Part shown: in pieces, positions 37,885-48,124 of the stretch
Layout of the letters: each line of letters opens with the position of its first letter
How positions within the stretch are numbered: position 1 is the first letter of the stretch
Assembly (NCBI GenBank): GCA_963804265.1
Contig: CAWDPZ010000050.1
Span: forward strand, 12,585-76,584
Direction: 5' to 3'
DNA length: 64,000 bases
Source: an uncultured Acidimicrobiaceae bacterium
Lineage (GTDB): Bacteria; Actinomycetota; Acidimicrobiia; Acidimicrobiales; Bog-793
Program-made: the position numbers and the translations under genes
The notes under the pieces: generated by a model
Told to the model about the DNA's origin: nothing
The model's input: only the letters and a program-made list of their open reading frames with translations
Database searches by the model: none

Positions 37885-39206
37885 TCACCCGGCCGACGCC
37901 ACGCCTCCCGCGTAGGGGTCGAACCGGCCGCACAGCTCGCGCACCGCGCCCCGGACCGATGGCGAGCTCGCCCTCGTCCTCCCGGCCGCGGAGAGCCCTG
38001 GCGATGAGCGAGGCCACCTCTGCCATCTCGGCCTCGCCGAGCCCCGCGGTCGTCTCCGCCGCCGATCCGAACCTGAGGCCGCTCGCCACGAAAGGGGGCC
38101 GCGGGTCGTTCGGGATGGCGTTGCGGTTGCAGGTGATCCCGGTCCGGTCCAGCACGTCCTGGGCCACCTTGCCGGTGAGCTCCTCCTCGAACGACCGCAG
38201 GTCGACGAGCACGAGGTGGTTGTCGGTCCCGCCCGCGACGAGGCGAAAGCCCTGGGTCGTCAACGCCTCGGCCAGAGCCGCGGCGTTGCGCACGACCTTG
38301 GCGGCGTACTCGCGGAACTCCGGCTTGAGCGCCTCGCCGAAGGCGACCGCCTTGGCCGCGATCACGTGCTCGAGCGGTCCGCCCTGCAGCCCGGGGAAGA
38401 CAGCCGAGTCGACCGCTTTGGCCAGGTCGGCACCGCAGAGAATGGCGCCGCCCCTCGGGCCGCGGAGGGTCTTGTGGGTGGTCAGGGTCACGACGTCCGC
38501 AACTCCGACGGGGTTGGGGTGCACCTTGCCGGCGATGAGCCCGGCCGGATGGGCCGCGTCGAACATGAAGCGGGCGCCCACCTCGTCGGCGATCTCCCGG
38601 AACGGCATCGGGTCGATCGTCCGCGAATAGGCGGTGGCGCCCGCCACGATCAGCCGAGGCCGTTCACGTTTGGCCAGGTCGCGAACCATGTCCAGGTCGA
38701 TCCGCTCTCCTGAGCCGTCCGCGGCCGCCGGCGTCACCCCGTAGGCGACGAAGCGGTACAGCTTGCCGGTGATGCTGACGGGCGAGCCGTGGGTGAGGTG
38801 GCCGCCCTGGTCGAGGCGCATGGCGAGAATCGTGTCGCCGGGGTCGACGAGAGCGAGGTAGGCGGCAAGGTTCGCGTTGGCGCCCGCGTGCGGCTGGACG
38901 TTGGCGTGCTCGGCACCGAACAGCTCGGTTGCCCGTGACGCGGGCAAGATCCTCGACCTGGTCGGCGACGGCGTTCCCGCCGTAGTAGCGCCGCCCGGGA
39001 TAGCCCTCGGAGTACTTGTTCGTCAGCACGGAGGCCGACGCCGCGAGCACGGCCGGGGAGGTGAAGTTCTCCGAGGCGATCAGCTGCAGGTTGGTCCGCT
39101 GGCGCTCGAGCTCGCGCTCGAGCAGCCCGTGCAGCTCGGGGTCCCCGGCCAGTGCTCCGGGCAGGAACGCCCTCGGCCCCGTGGGCCCGTCGGTGGACGT
39201 TGTCAT
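37885..39206 (-). CDS. glyA: Serine hydroxymethyltransferase (two frameshifts)
   Basis: [56 protein letters not shown]. Confidence 0.96.
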
Positions 39207-39697
39207 TACCGGCTCCTTCCAAGACTCGTCACAGCGGCCCGGGCCGAGTCGTCGTACGACTCTGCCTCGAGGGCTGCGATCTCCCCGATCCTTCGCAGGT
39301 GGCGACCACCTTGGAACTCGCTCATGACGAACGCGTCGAGCGAGTCGGCCGCGACCTCGGGGCCCACCAGTCGGGCCCCGAAACAGATGACGTTGGCGTC
39401 GTTGTGCTCGCGGGCGAGGCGCGCGGAGCTCACGTCGTGCACCACAGCCGCGCGCACGCCGCGAACCTTGTTCGCCGCGACGGAGATGCCGATCCCGGTG
39501 CCGCAGACACAGAGGCCGAGATCGGCCTCGCCCGACACGACACTTCGACCGACGGCGGCGCCGAAGGCGGGGTAGTCGACCGGCTCGGTCGAGTGCGTCC
39601 CGAGATCGGCTACGACGTGACCTGAGGCTCTCAGGTGCTCGATCAAAAGGACCTTCAACTCGTATCCCGCATGGTCCGATCCGACCGAGATGCGCAC
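39206..39697 (-). CDS. rpiB: Ribose-5-phosphate isomerase B
   Basis: [38 protein letters not shown]. Confidence 0.96.
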   Translation of the reverse strand: MRISVGSDHAGYELKVLLIEHLRASGHVVADLGTHSTEPVDYPAFGAAVGRSVVSGEADLGLCVCGTGIGISVAANKVRGVRAAVVHDVSSARLAREHNDANVICFGARLVGPEVAADSLDAFVMSEFQGGRHLRRIGEIAALEAESYDDSARAAVTSLGRSR

Positions 39698-39784
39698 GAA
39701 GGGAGTCTACCGGCCTGCTCGACAAAGCCCCGGGTCCCGTGCAGGGCCTGTCCGGAGTCCCGTGCGGACGGTAGTTTGAGGCGC

Positions 39785-40708
39785 ATGGACCTGGCCGTGT
39801 CGGTGCGCGGGCTTCGCAAGGACTTCGGCACCGTGCAAGCGGTCAAGGGTGTCGACCTCGACGTCAACAGCGGTGAGGTCCTGGCCCTGCTGGGTCCGAA
39901 CGGAGCCGGCAAGACCACGATCGTCGAGATCCTCGAGGGCTACCAGAGCGCGAGCGGGGGCGATGTCTCGGTGCTCGGCCTCGATCCGCGCCACGACCGG
40001 CGGCGCATGCTCGAACGGGTCGGGATCGTCTTGCAGGAGACGGCCGTGGAGCAGTTCCTCACCGTGCGCGAGGTGCTGAGACGGCGGGCGGCCTATTACC
40101 CCCATCCGCGCGACCCCGACACGGTCATCGATCTCGTCGGGCTGAGCGACAAGGCGGGCGCCAGGGTCCGCACCCTGTCGGGCGGCCTGCAGCGCCGCCT
40201 CGACCTCGGCCTCGCCCTCATCGGCGACCCGGAGCTCTTGTTCCTGGACGAGCCGACGACCGGCTTCGACCCGAACGCACGCCGCGAGGCCTGGGAGATA
40301 GTCCGCAACCTCATCGGCGAAGGCCGCACCGTGCTGCTCACGACGCACTACATGGACGAGGCGCAGGTGCTCGCCGACCGGGTGGCGGTCATCGCCAAGG
40401 GGGTGATCGTCGCCACCGGGACGCCCGACTCGATCGGGGGGCGGGACACGGGGACGGCGACGATCCGTTTTGTGCTGCCCGAGCAGGTGAGCGACGTCTC
40501 CGAGCTTGGCCTGGCCTCCTCCCACCTCACCGTCAGCCCGGTCGACGGCCGGCGCATGGTCGAGGTCGAGACGGGCTCGCCGACATCGCTCCTGCACGGC
40601 CTCACCTCCTGGGCGATGGCACACGGGATGGAGCTCGAGGGCCTCGAGGTCGCCCGGCCGAGCCTGGAGGACGTCTACCTCTCGCTCACCGCCGAGGACG
40701 CCGGGTGA
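39785..40708 (+). CDS. ABC-2 type exporter ATP-binding protein
   Basis: [25 protein letters not shown]. Confidence 0.93.
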   Translation: MDLAVSVRGLRKDFGTVQAVKGVDLDVNSGEVLALLGPNGAGKTTIVEILEGYQSASGGDVSVLGLDPRHDRRRMLERVGIVLQETAVEQFLTVREVLRRRAAYYPHPRDPDTVIDLVGLSDKAGARVRTLSGGLQRRLDLGLALIGDPELLFLDEPTTGFDPNARREAWEIVRNLIGEGRTVLLTTHYMDEAQVLADRVAVIAKGVIVATGTPDSIGGRDTGTATIRFVLPEQVSDVSELGLASSHLTVSPVDGRRMVEVETGSPTSLLHGLTSWAMAHGMELEGLEVARPSLEDVYLSLTAEDAG

Positions 40709-41474
40709 AGTCGCTCCGCATCGTCCTAAGCGAGCTCTGGTACCAGCAGCTCGCCTACTGGCGCAACCCGGTCAGCGCCTTTTTCACCTTCTTCATGCCG
40801 GTGATGTTCCTCGTCATCTTCGCCTCGCTCTACGGCAATGCCCACTACGACAACAGCTCCTTGAGGCTCGACCAGTACTTCATCCCGGGAATCATGACTT
40901 TCGGGGTGATATCGGCCTGCTACACCAACCTGGCGATCACTCTCAGCACCCAGCGGGAACAGGGCATCTTGAAGCGCTTCCGCGGCACTCCCCTCCCGCC
41001 GTGGGCCTACATGGTCGTGACGGTGCTGAACTCGGTCCTGCGGGCGCTGCTGCTGGTGGCGATCACCCTCGGCGTCGGCGTCGCGTTCTACCACTTCGAC
41101 TTCCCGGGCCGCGCTTTGCCCCTCTCGTGATGGTCGTCGTGCTCGGCTCGGCGACTTTCTGCGCTCTCGGGGTGGCGGTCACGGTTCTCATCCCGAACGC
41201 CGACGCCGCACCGGCGGTCGTGAACGGCGTCTATCTGCCCCTGATGTTCATCTCGGGCACGTTCTTCCCGCTCTCGTCGAGCTCGGTGCTGGCGAAGATC
41301 GCCCTCTACTTCCCGATACGGCCCTTCATCCTCTCCAGCTTCAACACGCTCGACCCGCGGCTCGCCACGAGCTCGATCAACGCCGCCTGGCTCTACAACC
41401 TCGCCATCTGGCTGGTGGTCGCCCTCGTGTTCTCGATCAGGCGCTTCACCTGGCTGCCGCGACGGCGGTCATAG
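40705..41474 (+). CDS. ABC-2 type exporter permease (frameshift ~41110)
   Basis: WRNP..FFTF..PV, RE.GILKR..GTPLP, FISG.FFP, RRF.W. Confidence 0.88.
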
Positions 41475-41516
41475 GGCCGACCGAAGGGCCGAGGCCTGCA
41501 CCGGCCGGCATACGGT

Positions 41517-42188
41517 CTATTGCCGGGTCGCGTGCGGCCTGCCGAACACGAGCAGCACACTGGCCGGCCCCGTGACACGCGCCGCGAAGTCGGATGGGCC
41601 TGTCCAGCTCGTGACCGGACCGAGGGGGCGCAGGTCGAACATCGGGCCGCCGCCGTCCGGCGTGGCGATCATTCCGCCGGTCGTCCTGCCATCTGTCAGG
41701 TTCACGACGAGGAAGGCGACGGAAGCCTCGTAGACCGGTGGGGCGGCCCGGTGGCAGTGCTTCGTGACACACACCGGGCCGCCACTTGCCATGAAGCTCC
41801 TGGAGTCCCAATAGAAACGGTCGCCCGACAACTCGACGAGGGCAACCGGTCCATGTTCCGCCGGTATCAGCCCGAGCTCTGCCGAGACCGTCCCGAACTC
41901 GCCGATCGCCATGCTGGCACTCAGCGCACAGTGGCAGTCGCGCCACGAGTAGAAGCCGTTGGACCATCTGACCGAGCTCAGGTAGTCGAAGGCCTTCCGA
42001 GGAGTGGTCACGACGTAGCTCACCGTCGGCGAAGGCGAGCCGGCGGTGACGAAATAGCCGCCTTCGGCCTTCTCGACGGACCGCTCGATCCTCTGAGCCG
42101 ATGCGGCGCCGGGGAGCCCGCCGACGAGCGGGGCTCCGACCGCTATGACGGCGAGCACGACCGCGGTGAGCCACCCGAAGGCCTTCAC
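41517..42188 (-). CDS. Hypothetical exported protein
   Basis: Probable GTG start, then a signal-like MKAFGWLTAVVLAVIAVGAPLVGG..AASA; no recognised domain. Confidence 0.5.
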   Translation of the reverse strand: MKAFGWLTAVVLAVIAVGAPLVGGLPGAASAQRIERSVEKAEGGYFVTAGSPSPTVSYVVTTPRKAFDYLSSVRWSNGFYSWRDCHCALSASMAIGEFGTVSAELGLIPAEHGPVALVELSGDRFYWDSRSFMASGGPVCVTKHCHRAAPPVYEASVAFLVVNLTDGRTTGGMIATPDGGGPMFDLRPLGPVTSWTGPSDFAARVTGPASVLLVFGRPHATRQ

Positions 42189-42207
42189 ACCGAGGACGGT
42201 AGCGCCG

Positions 42208-42807
42208 TCACGGGCCGCCGGCGGCGAGTGCCTCGATCTCGGCGAAGTCGAGCACGCCTTCGCGCAGGGACCGCGGGCCCTCATCGCTGAGAGAGACGAC
42301 AGTCGAAGGCCGGCCGTCGCAAACCCCGCCGTCGAGCACGACGCTGACGCGGGCGCCGAAGAGCTCGCGTACCGCATCGGCGGTGTGCAAAGGGGGCTCC
42401 CCGTGACGGTTCGCGCTCGTGACGGCGAGCGGCCCCGTCCTTCTCAGAAGCTCTCGGACGAACGTGTCGTCGGGACAGCGGATGCCGATCGTCCTGCCGT
42501 CACCGCCGAGCTCGAAGCCGAGGCCTGGGCGCCGCGCCAGCACCAGGGTCAGGGGCCCCGGCCAGTAACGGCCCGCAAGCCGCTCGGCGGCCGGGGTCAC
42601 AACCGCGAGATCGGCGAGCTCGGCCGGGTCCGCGATCAGCACCGGGAGGGGGAACTGCTCGGGGCGTTGCTTCACGGCGAACACCAGCCCCACGGCGCCC
42701 ACCCGGCGGGGGTCGACGGCAAGTCCGTAGACGGTGTCGGTGGGGACGGCCACGACCAGTCCGGCCGCCAGAGCCTCGACGGCGGCGTCGAGCCCCGATG
42801 AGCTCAC
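42208..42807 (-). CDS. tsaC: Threonylcarbamoyl-AMP synthase (Sua5/YrdC)
   Basis: PTDTVYGL, K.RP, WPGPLTL, TSANRHG, PSTVV, REG. Confidence 0.95.
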   Translation of the reverse strand: MSSSGLDAAVEALAAGLVVAVPTDTVYGLAVDPRRVGAVGLVFAVKQRPEQFPLPVLIADPAELADLAVVTPAAERLAGRYWPGPLTLVLARRPGLGFELGGDGRTIGIRCPDDTFVRELLRRTGPLAVTSANRHGEPPLHTADAVRELFGARVSVVLDGGVCDGRPSTVVSLSDEGPRSLREGVLDFAEIEALAAGGP

Positions 42808-43718
42808 CGGCCGGCCACCAGCACGCGTGGCCGCCCGGCAAGGTCCTGTTCCACCCGTGCGGTCCCGAGCCCGGCCCCCTTCGCCAGGTCGACAGCCGCC
42901 TCCGCCTGCTGCGGCGCGATCTCGAGCACGACCGACCCGTGCCAACCGAGCCAACCCGGCGCACGGGACAAGATCGCGGCGATGTCCTCGAGGCCGGTAG
43001 GGCCGGCCACGAGGGCCCCGACCGGATCGAAGTCGCGCACCGTGGGATCGAGTCGCGACCACTCGTTCTCGGCCAGATAGGGCGGGTTGGACACGATCAG
43101 GTCGATCCGCCCGGCGCGGTCGGCCGGCAAGGCCTCGAACCAGTCGCCGAGCCGAAGCTCGACGCGGGCCGCGGCGCCGGCCGGGAGGGCCGCCAAATTG
43201 CCCGAGGCGACCGCGAGGGCGTCCGGATCGCGGTCAGTGGCAATGACACGAACGCCGTGCCTCTCGGCGGCGAGAGAGAGGGCGATCACGCCCGACCCGG
43301 TGCCGAGATCGACGGCGAGCATCGCCGCGGCAAGCGGATCGGCTCTGGTGGGCTCCGCTTCGCGCTGCAACGCGGCGAGCCGGTCCAGCTCGGTGAGCGC
43401 AACGGTGACCACGTGCTCGGTCTCCGGGCGCGGGACGAGGACGCGCGAGTCGACTGCCACGTCGAGATTGCGGAATCCCCAGTGCCCGAGCACGTGCTGG
43501 AGCGGCTCGCCCGCCCCACGGCGCTTCACCATGGCTTCGAGCCGTTCTGCGGCCGAGCGGGGCGCGACCTGGTCGATCTCCCGCAACAGGGTGGCTGCGT
43601 CCAAGCCGCTCGCCTCCTCGAGCAGCCAGCGCGTCTGGACCGGGTCGGCGAGCGCCGCTTCGCTCTGGTGCCACAATTGGCGCCACGTCAGCCCGGTCGG
43701 GTGCAGCCTGACCGTCAT
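42804..43718 (-). CDS. prmC: Release factor glutamine methyltransferase
   Basis: GEPLQHVLG, PRPETE, DLGTGSG, SNPPY. Confidence 0.96.
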   Translation of the reverse strand: MTVRLHPTGLTWRQLWHQSEAALADPVQTRWLLEEASGLDAATLLREIDQVAPRSAAERLEAMVKRRGAGEPLQHVLGHWGFRNLDVAVDSRVLVPRPETEHVVTVALTELDRLAALQREAEPTRADPLAAAMLAVDLGTGSGVIALSLAAERHGVRVIATDRDPDALAVASGNLAALPAGAAARVELRLGDWFEALPADRAGRIDLIVSNPPYLAENEWSRLDPTVRDFDPVGALVAGPTGLEDIAAILSRAPGWLGWHGSVVLEIAPQQAEAAVDLAKGAGLGTARVEQDLAGRPRVLVAGR

Positions 43719-44776
43719 CCTTCCATGAGCTGGCGACTGCGCTCGTCCGCGAGCAGGGCGTCGACGAGCTCGTCGAGGTCGCCCATCAGTATGCGGTCGA
43801 GCTTCTTCAAGGTGAGCCCGATCCTGTGGTCCGTGACACGGTTGTCCTTGAAGTTGTAGGTGCGGATCTTCTCCGAGCGGCCGCCGGTGCCGACCTGGGC
43901 GCGGCGCTCTTTGGCGAGAGCAGCTGCGTTTCTCTGCTGTTCGAGGTCGAAGAGGCGGGCGCGGAGCACCTTCATGGCGGCCGCGCGGTTTTGGATCTGG
44001 CTCTTCTCGTCCTGCATCGCCACGACGAGGCCGGTGGGAAGGTGCGTGATGCGCACGGCCGAGTCCGTGGTGTTGACCGACTGCCCGCCCGGCCCGGTCG
44101 AGCGGTAGACGTCGACACGGATGTCGTTCGGCTCGATCTCCACCTCCACCTCGTCGGCCTCGGGCAGCACGTTGACGGTCGCAGAAGAGGTGTGGACGCG
44201 GCCCTGGGACTCGGTCACCGGGATCCTCTGCACCCGGTGGGTCCCGGCCTCTTGATGCATGTGCTGCCAGGCGTCGCCGCCCTTGACGAGAAATGTCACC
44301 CCGCTCACACCGCCGAGCTCCGACTCGTGCAGGTCCAGCACGTCCACACGCCAGCCCCGGTGATCTGCGTAGCGCTGGTACATGTCGAGCAGGTCCTTGG
44401 CGAACAGGTTCGCCTCCTCGCCGCCCTCGGCGCCCCGGATCTCGACGATGACGTTGCGCCCGTCGTTGGGGTCTTTCGGCATCAGCAGGTCGCGCAGCTC
44501 GTTCTCGAGCGCCACCACCCGCGCCTCCACGACGGCCTGCTCGTCACGGCCCAGCTCGCGCTCGGCGCCGACGGCGTCGGCCGCGAGCTCGCGGGCCACG
44601 GTCAGGTCCTCCTGGGCCGAGCGCAGCTCGTGCATCTTCCGCACGACGGTCTCGAGCTCTTTGTGGCGGCGCGACAGGATCCGCAGCTCATTTCGATCCT
44701 GCGAGAGAGTTGGGTCGGAGAGGCGGGTGAGGACCTGTGAGAGCTCGGCCTCAAGCGCCTCAAGGCGTTCGAGCAC
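43715..44776 (-). CDS. prfA: Peptide chain release factor 1
   Basis: GGEEA.LF, HRVQRIPVTE (PxT), GPGGQSVN, RSEKIRTYN. Confidence 0.98.
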   Translation of the reverse strand: MLERLEALEAELSQVLTRLSDPTLSQDRNELRILSRRHKELETVVRKMHELRSAQEDLTVARELAADAVGAERELGRDEQAVVEARVVALENELRDLLMPKDPNDGRNVIVEIRGAEGGEEANLFAKDLLDMYQRYADHRGWRVDVLDLHESELGGVSGVTFLVKGGDAWQHMHQEAGTHRVQRIPVTESQGRVHTSSATVNVLPEADEVEVEIEPNDIRVDVYRSTGPGGQSVNTTDSAVRITHLPTGLVVAMQDEKSQIQNRAAAMKVLRARLFDLEQQRNAAALAKERRAQVGTGGRSEKIRTYNFKDNRVTDHRIGLTLKKLDRILMGDLDELVDALLADERSRQLMEG

Positions 44777-44844
44777 GCACCAAGGCTACTGCGGCCCGGG
44801 AGAGTGCAGGCCCGGGACCGCCCGCTCCGTGCTATATCTCGCCT

Positions 44845-45423
44845 ATGGCCTTCCCGATTGCCATCGTGATCGGGCTCGTCTTCGGGGCGGGCGACCAGTA
44901 CCTGGGCAGCTTGAGCACTTCGGGGCTCTGGACCGTCTCGGTGAGCCTGCTCTCGGCACCCTGGCTCGTGTTCCCCTTCCTGTTCGGCTGCAGCCAGCTC
45001 CGCGCGGCCCGCGCCGCCGAGCTCGGGCTCATCGCCACCTTGGCGGCGCTGTCGGGCTACTTCCTCATGATCATGGGGCCTTTGGAGGGCGGGCAGTGGT
45101 CGTTCAACGCCCGCGAGATCCACGGGCTGTTGGCCTCCAACCTGCAGAACATCGTCGGCGGCCTCGTGACCGGGCCCCTCTACGGCTTCCTCGGCCAGCG
45201 CTGGCGCACCCGGCGGGCCTGGTTGAGCGCGGCGCTCGTGGCCGGGGCGCTGTGCCTGGAGCCGCTCGCGCAATCCCTGGCAGGCAGGAGCTATCCGGGC
45301 GAGTCGGTCGTCTGGCCCGCTGAGATCGCAGTCGGGGTCGCGCTGGCGTCGTTCTTCGTGCTCACGGGGCTCGCCTTCCGGCGACGGGCCGGGTCGGGGC
45401 TTTCGGAACCGACCGCCACCTGA
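44845..45423 (+). CDS. Integral membrane protein (possibly DUF6518-like)
   Basis: About 6 hydrophobic segments; FGAGDQYLGSL...SAPWL motif; family assignment from memory only. Confidence 0.6.
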   Translation: MAFPIAIVIGLVFGAGDQYLGSLSTSGLWTVSVSLLSAPWLVFPFLFGCSQLRAARAAELGLIATLAALSGYFLMIMGPLEGGQWSFNAREIHGLLASNLQNIVGGLVTGPLYGFLGQRWRTRRAWLSAALVAGALCLEPLAQSLAGRSYPGESVVWPAEIAVGVALASFFVLTGLAFRRRAGSGLSEPTAT

Positions 45424-45483
45424 GCACGCGACCTGGCCCCGTCCGGAGGACGGGGCCAGATGAGAGGCTGTGTCGAGGGCCGG

Positions 45484-45696
45484 TCAGCGCTTGGTCTTGC
45501 GCTGGCCGTAACGGCGCTCGAAGCGCTCCACGCGCCCACCGGTGTCCACCAGCTTCTGCTTGCCGGTGTAGAACGGGTGGCACTCGTTGCAAAGCTCGAC
45601 GTGAAGGTCGGGCTTGGTCGATCTCGTGGTGAAGGTGTTCCCGCACGAGCAGCGCACCGACGCGATCACGTACGAGGGATGAATGTCAGTCTTCAT
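45484..45696 (-). CDS. rpmE: 50S ribosomal protein L31 (zinc-binding type)
   Basis: [26 protein letters not shown]. Confidence 0.98.
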   Translation of the reverse strand: MKTDIHPSYVIASVRCSCGNTFTTRSTKPDLHVELCNECHPFYTGKQKLVDTGGRVERFERRYGQRKTKR

Positions 45697-45753
45697 GGTC
45701 TCCCCATTCTAGGCCGGGGCGGGCCGGGGTCGTCCGGCCGCCCCGAATGTCGA

Positions 45754-47722
45754 TCAGCCTCCCGGGACCGGCGCCTTCGCGATCTCGGCGAGGAACTCGT
45801 CGTTCGAGCGGGTCGTGCGGATCTTGTCCATCAGCAGCTCGAGCCCGGCTCCGGGGCCGCCGTCGCCGCCGAGGGCGTTCAGCACACGGCGCAGCTTCCA
45901 GACCTGCTGGAGCTGGGAACGGTCGAAGAGCAGCTCCTCGTGTCGAGTCGAGCTGGCGTTGACGTCGATCGCAGGGTAGATCCGGCGCTCGGCCAGCTTG
46001 CGGTCGAGGCGGAGCTCCATGTTGCCCGTGCCCTTGAACTCCTCGAAGATCACCTCGTCCATCTTCGAGCCGGTCTCGACGAGGGCCGTGGCGAGGATCG
46101 TGAGGGAGCCGCCCTCTTCGATGTTGCGGGCTGCGCCGAAGAACTTCTTCGGCGGGTACAAGGCTCCCGAGTCGACGCCACCGGACATGATGCGTCCGGT
46201 CGCGGGCTGGGCCAGGTTGTAGGCCCTGGCGAGGCGCGTGATGCCGTCGAGGATGATCACGACGTCGCGGCCGAGCTCGACGAGCCGCTTGGCGCGCTCG
46301 ATGGCGAGCTCTGCGACGGTGGTGTGCTCGTCCGCCGGCCGGTCGAAGGTCGAGGCGATGACCTCGCCCTTGACCGAGCGGCGCCAGTCGGTGGCCTCTT
46401 CGGGGCGCTCGTCCACGAGCAGGACCATGAGGTGCACGCTCTGGTCGTTCGCCTCTATGGAGTGGGCTATCTGCTTGAGGATCGTCGTCTTGCCGGCCTT
46501 CGGCGGCGACACGATCATGCTCCGCTGCCCCTTGCCTATGGGCGAGATCAGGTCGACGATCCTGGCGGTCGTGTTGAGCGGGTCCTCTTTCAGCTCGAGG
46601 CGGAGCCGCTGGTCGGGGAACAGGGGCGTCAGGTCCTCGAAGCGGGGCCTCTCCCTGGCCTCGTCCGGCGTCATCCCGCAGACCGAGTCGATCCGCAGCA
46701 GGGCCGGGTACTTCTCGCTCGGGCCTGCCGGGCGGCAGGCGCCTTCGATGGCGTCACCGCGTCGGAGCGAGAACCTGCGGGCCTGGGAGACCGAGATGTA
46801 GACATCCTTGGCGCTGGGCAGGTAGCCGCTCGTCCGGAGGAAGCCGTATCCCTCCTCGCGCAGGTCGAGCAGCCCGCGGACGGGCACCAGCTCCCCCTGC
46901 CACGCCACTTCCTGCCCGCCACCCTGCGGCTCCTGGGCGCCGCGCTCCCGGTCGCGGCCGCGACGGCGACGCCCGCGCCGGTTCCCGGGCTCTATCTGGC
47001 CGAGCTGGCCACCCTGGCTGCCCTGGCCGGCCTGGTTGCCCTGGCCGGCCTGGCCGCCGCGCCCCGGCTGGGCGTGCTGAGGCTGACGTTGAGGTCGAGA
47101 GTTTGCGGACACGTCCGCCGGAGTGCGGTCCGGGCCGCCGTTCCCGCCGGAGATGGTGCCCGCCGAGCCTTGGCCGGGCTCGTCGGAGACCGAGCTTGCC
47201 GCCCCGACCGTCTCGCCGCCGGCGCGCTCGGCGTCGGAGCTGGCGAGGATTGCTGCCGCGGCCTCGGCGACGGCGTTGTCGAGACCGCTCGAGGCGGGCG
47301 AGCTGCTCCCGTTGACTGATGCCGGCGCGGTCGGCTTCTCGCCGTCATGCCCGTCAGAGGCGCTGTGCTCCGGGTCGCCCACGGTGCCGTTGGCACCGGC
47401 CTTCGCCGCCGCGTCCGCCTTGGCTGTCGACCGGGCCCGCGAGGTGCGGCCTCTGGCCGGCTTGGGGTCGGCGGCAGCAGGGTCGGAAGCCGACCCGGCT
47501 GTGTCGGCGGCACCATTGGCGGTGGTTGTGCGCGCCGAGGAGGCGGCGTGGGGGCCTCCGGCGTCTTCGATCTCGACGCCGGCGGCGCGCAGGATCTGGT
47601 TGACCAGATCCGCTTTGCGCGTGCGCTGCCACGGGCTCGAGGGACATGGCTGTCGCGATCGCTCGAAGCTCGTCGCTCGCTTTGCGCTCGAGAATCGAAC
47701 GCTCGAGCTGTTCTTCGCTCAT
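45754..47722 (-). CDS. rho: Transcription termination factor Rho with long N-terminal insertion (5' frameshifts)
   Basis: [24 protein letters not shown]-terminus, [44 protein letters not shown]. Confidence 0.97.
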
Positions 47723-48124
47723 CAGGGTCCTCTCTGGGTCTTCCTGTTTGTTCAAGGTGCTTGTTGTCTCAAAATGTTTCTTCGGGGCGGTTCCGGAGTC
47801 TCCCCGGGTTCGGCCTTGCAGGCGCTCCCCCGTGCACCCAGGGCGCCGCCTTCGGCGGTTGCCCGGACCGTTCGCATCATCTGCCCGGCCGAGCCTGCGG
47901 TCCTCCGCTGGGGAGTCTCCCGAGCGGAACAAGCCTTTGACACTTCTCGGATCGCAAGGCTCGATCAGGTGGGTGCCCACGGCGGCTAAAGCGTCTGCGC
48001 GGAGGGAGTGCCGGTGTCGGAGATAACAGGGAATGGGCCTAAGTGATTCCCGCCGCCCCATTCGGGTCGCCCGCCCCGAGGGGCAAGCTGGCATCCGCAA
48101 TGTCGAACGAAGGCAAACCAGATA

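Noticed and set aside
37568-38947. Apparent GlyA-AtpZ fusion
   Set aside because: A frameshift near 37955 bypasses the natural glyA end ([11 protein letters not shown], stop at 37885).
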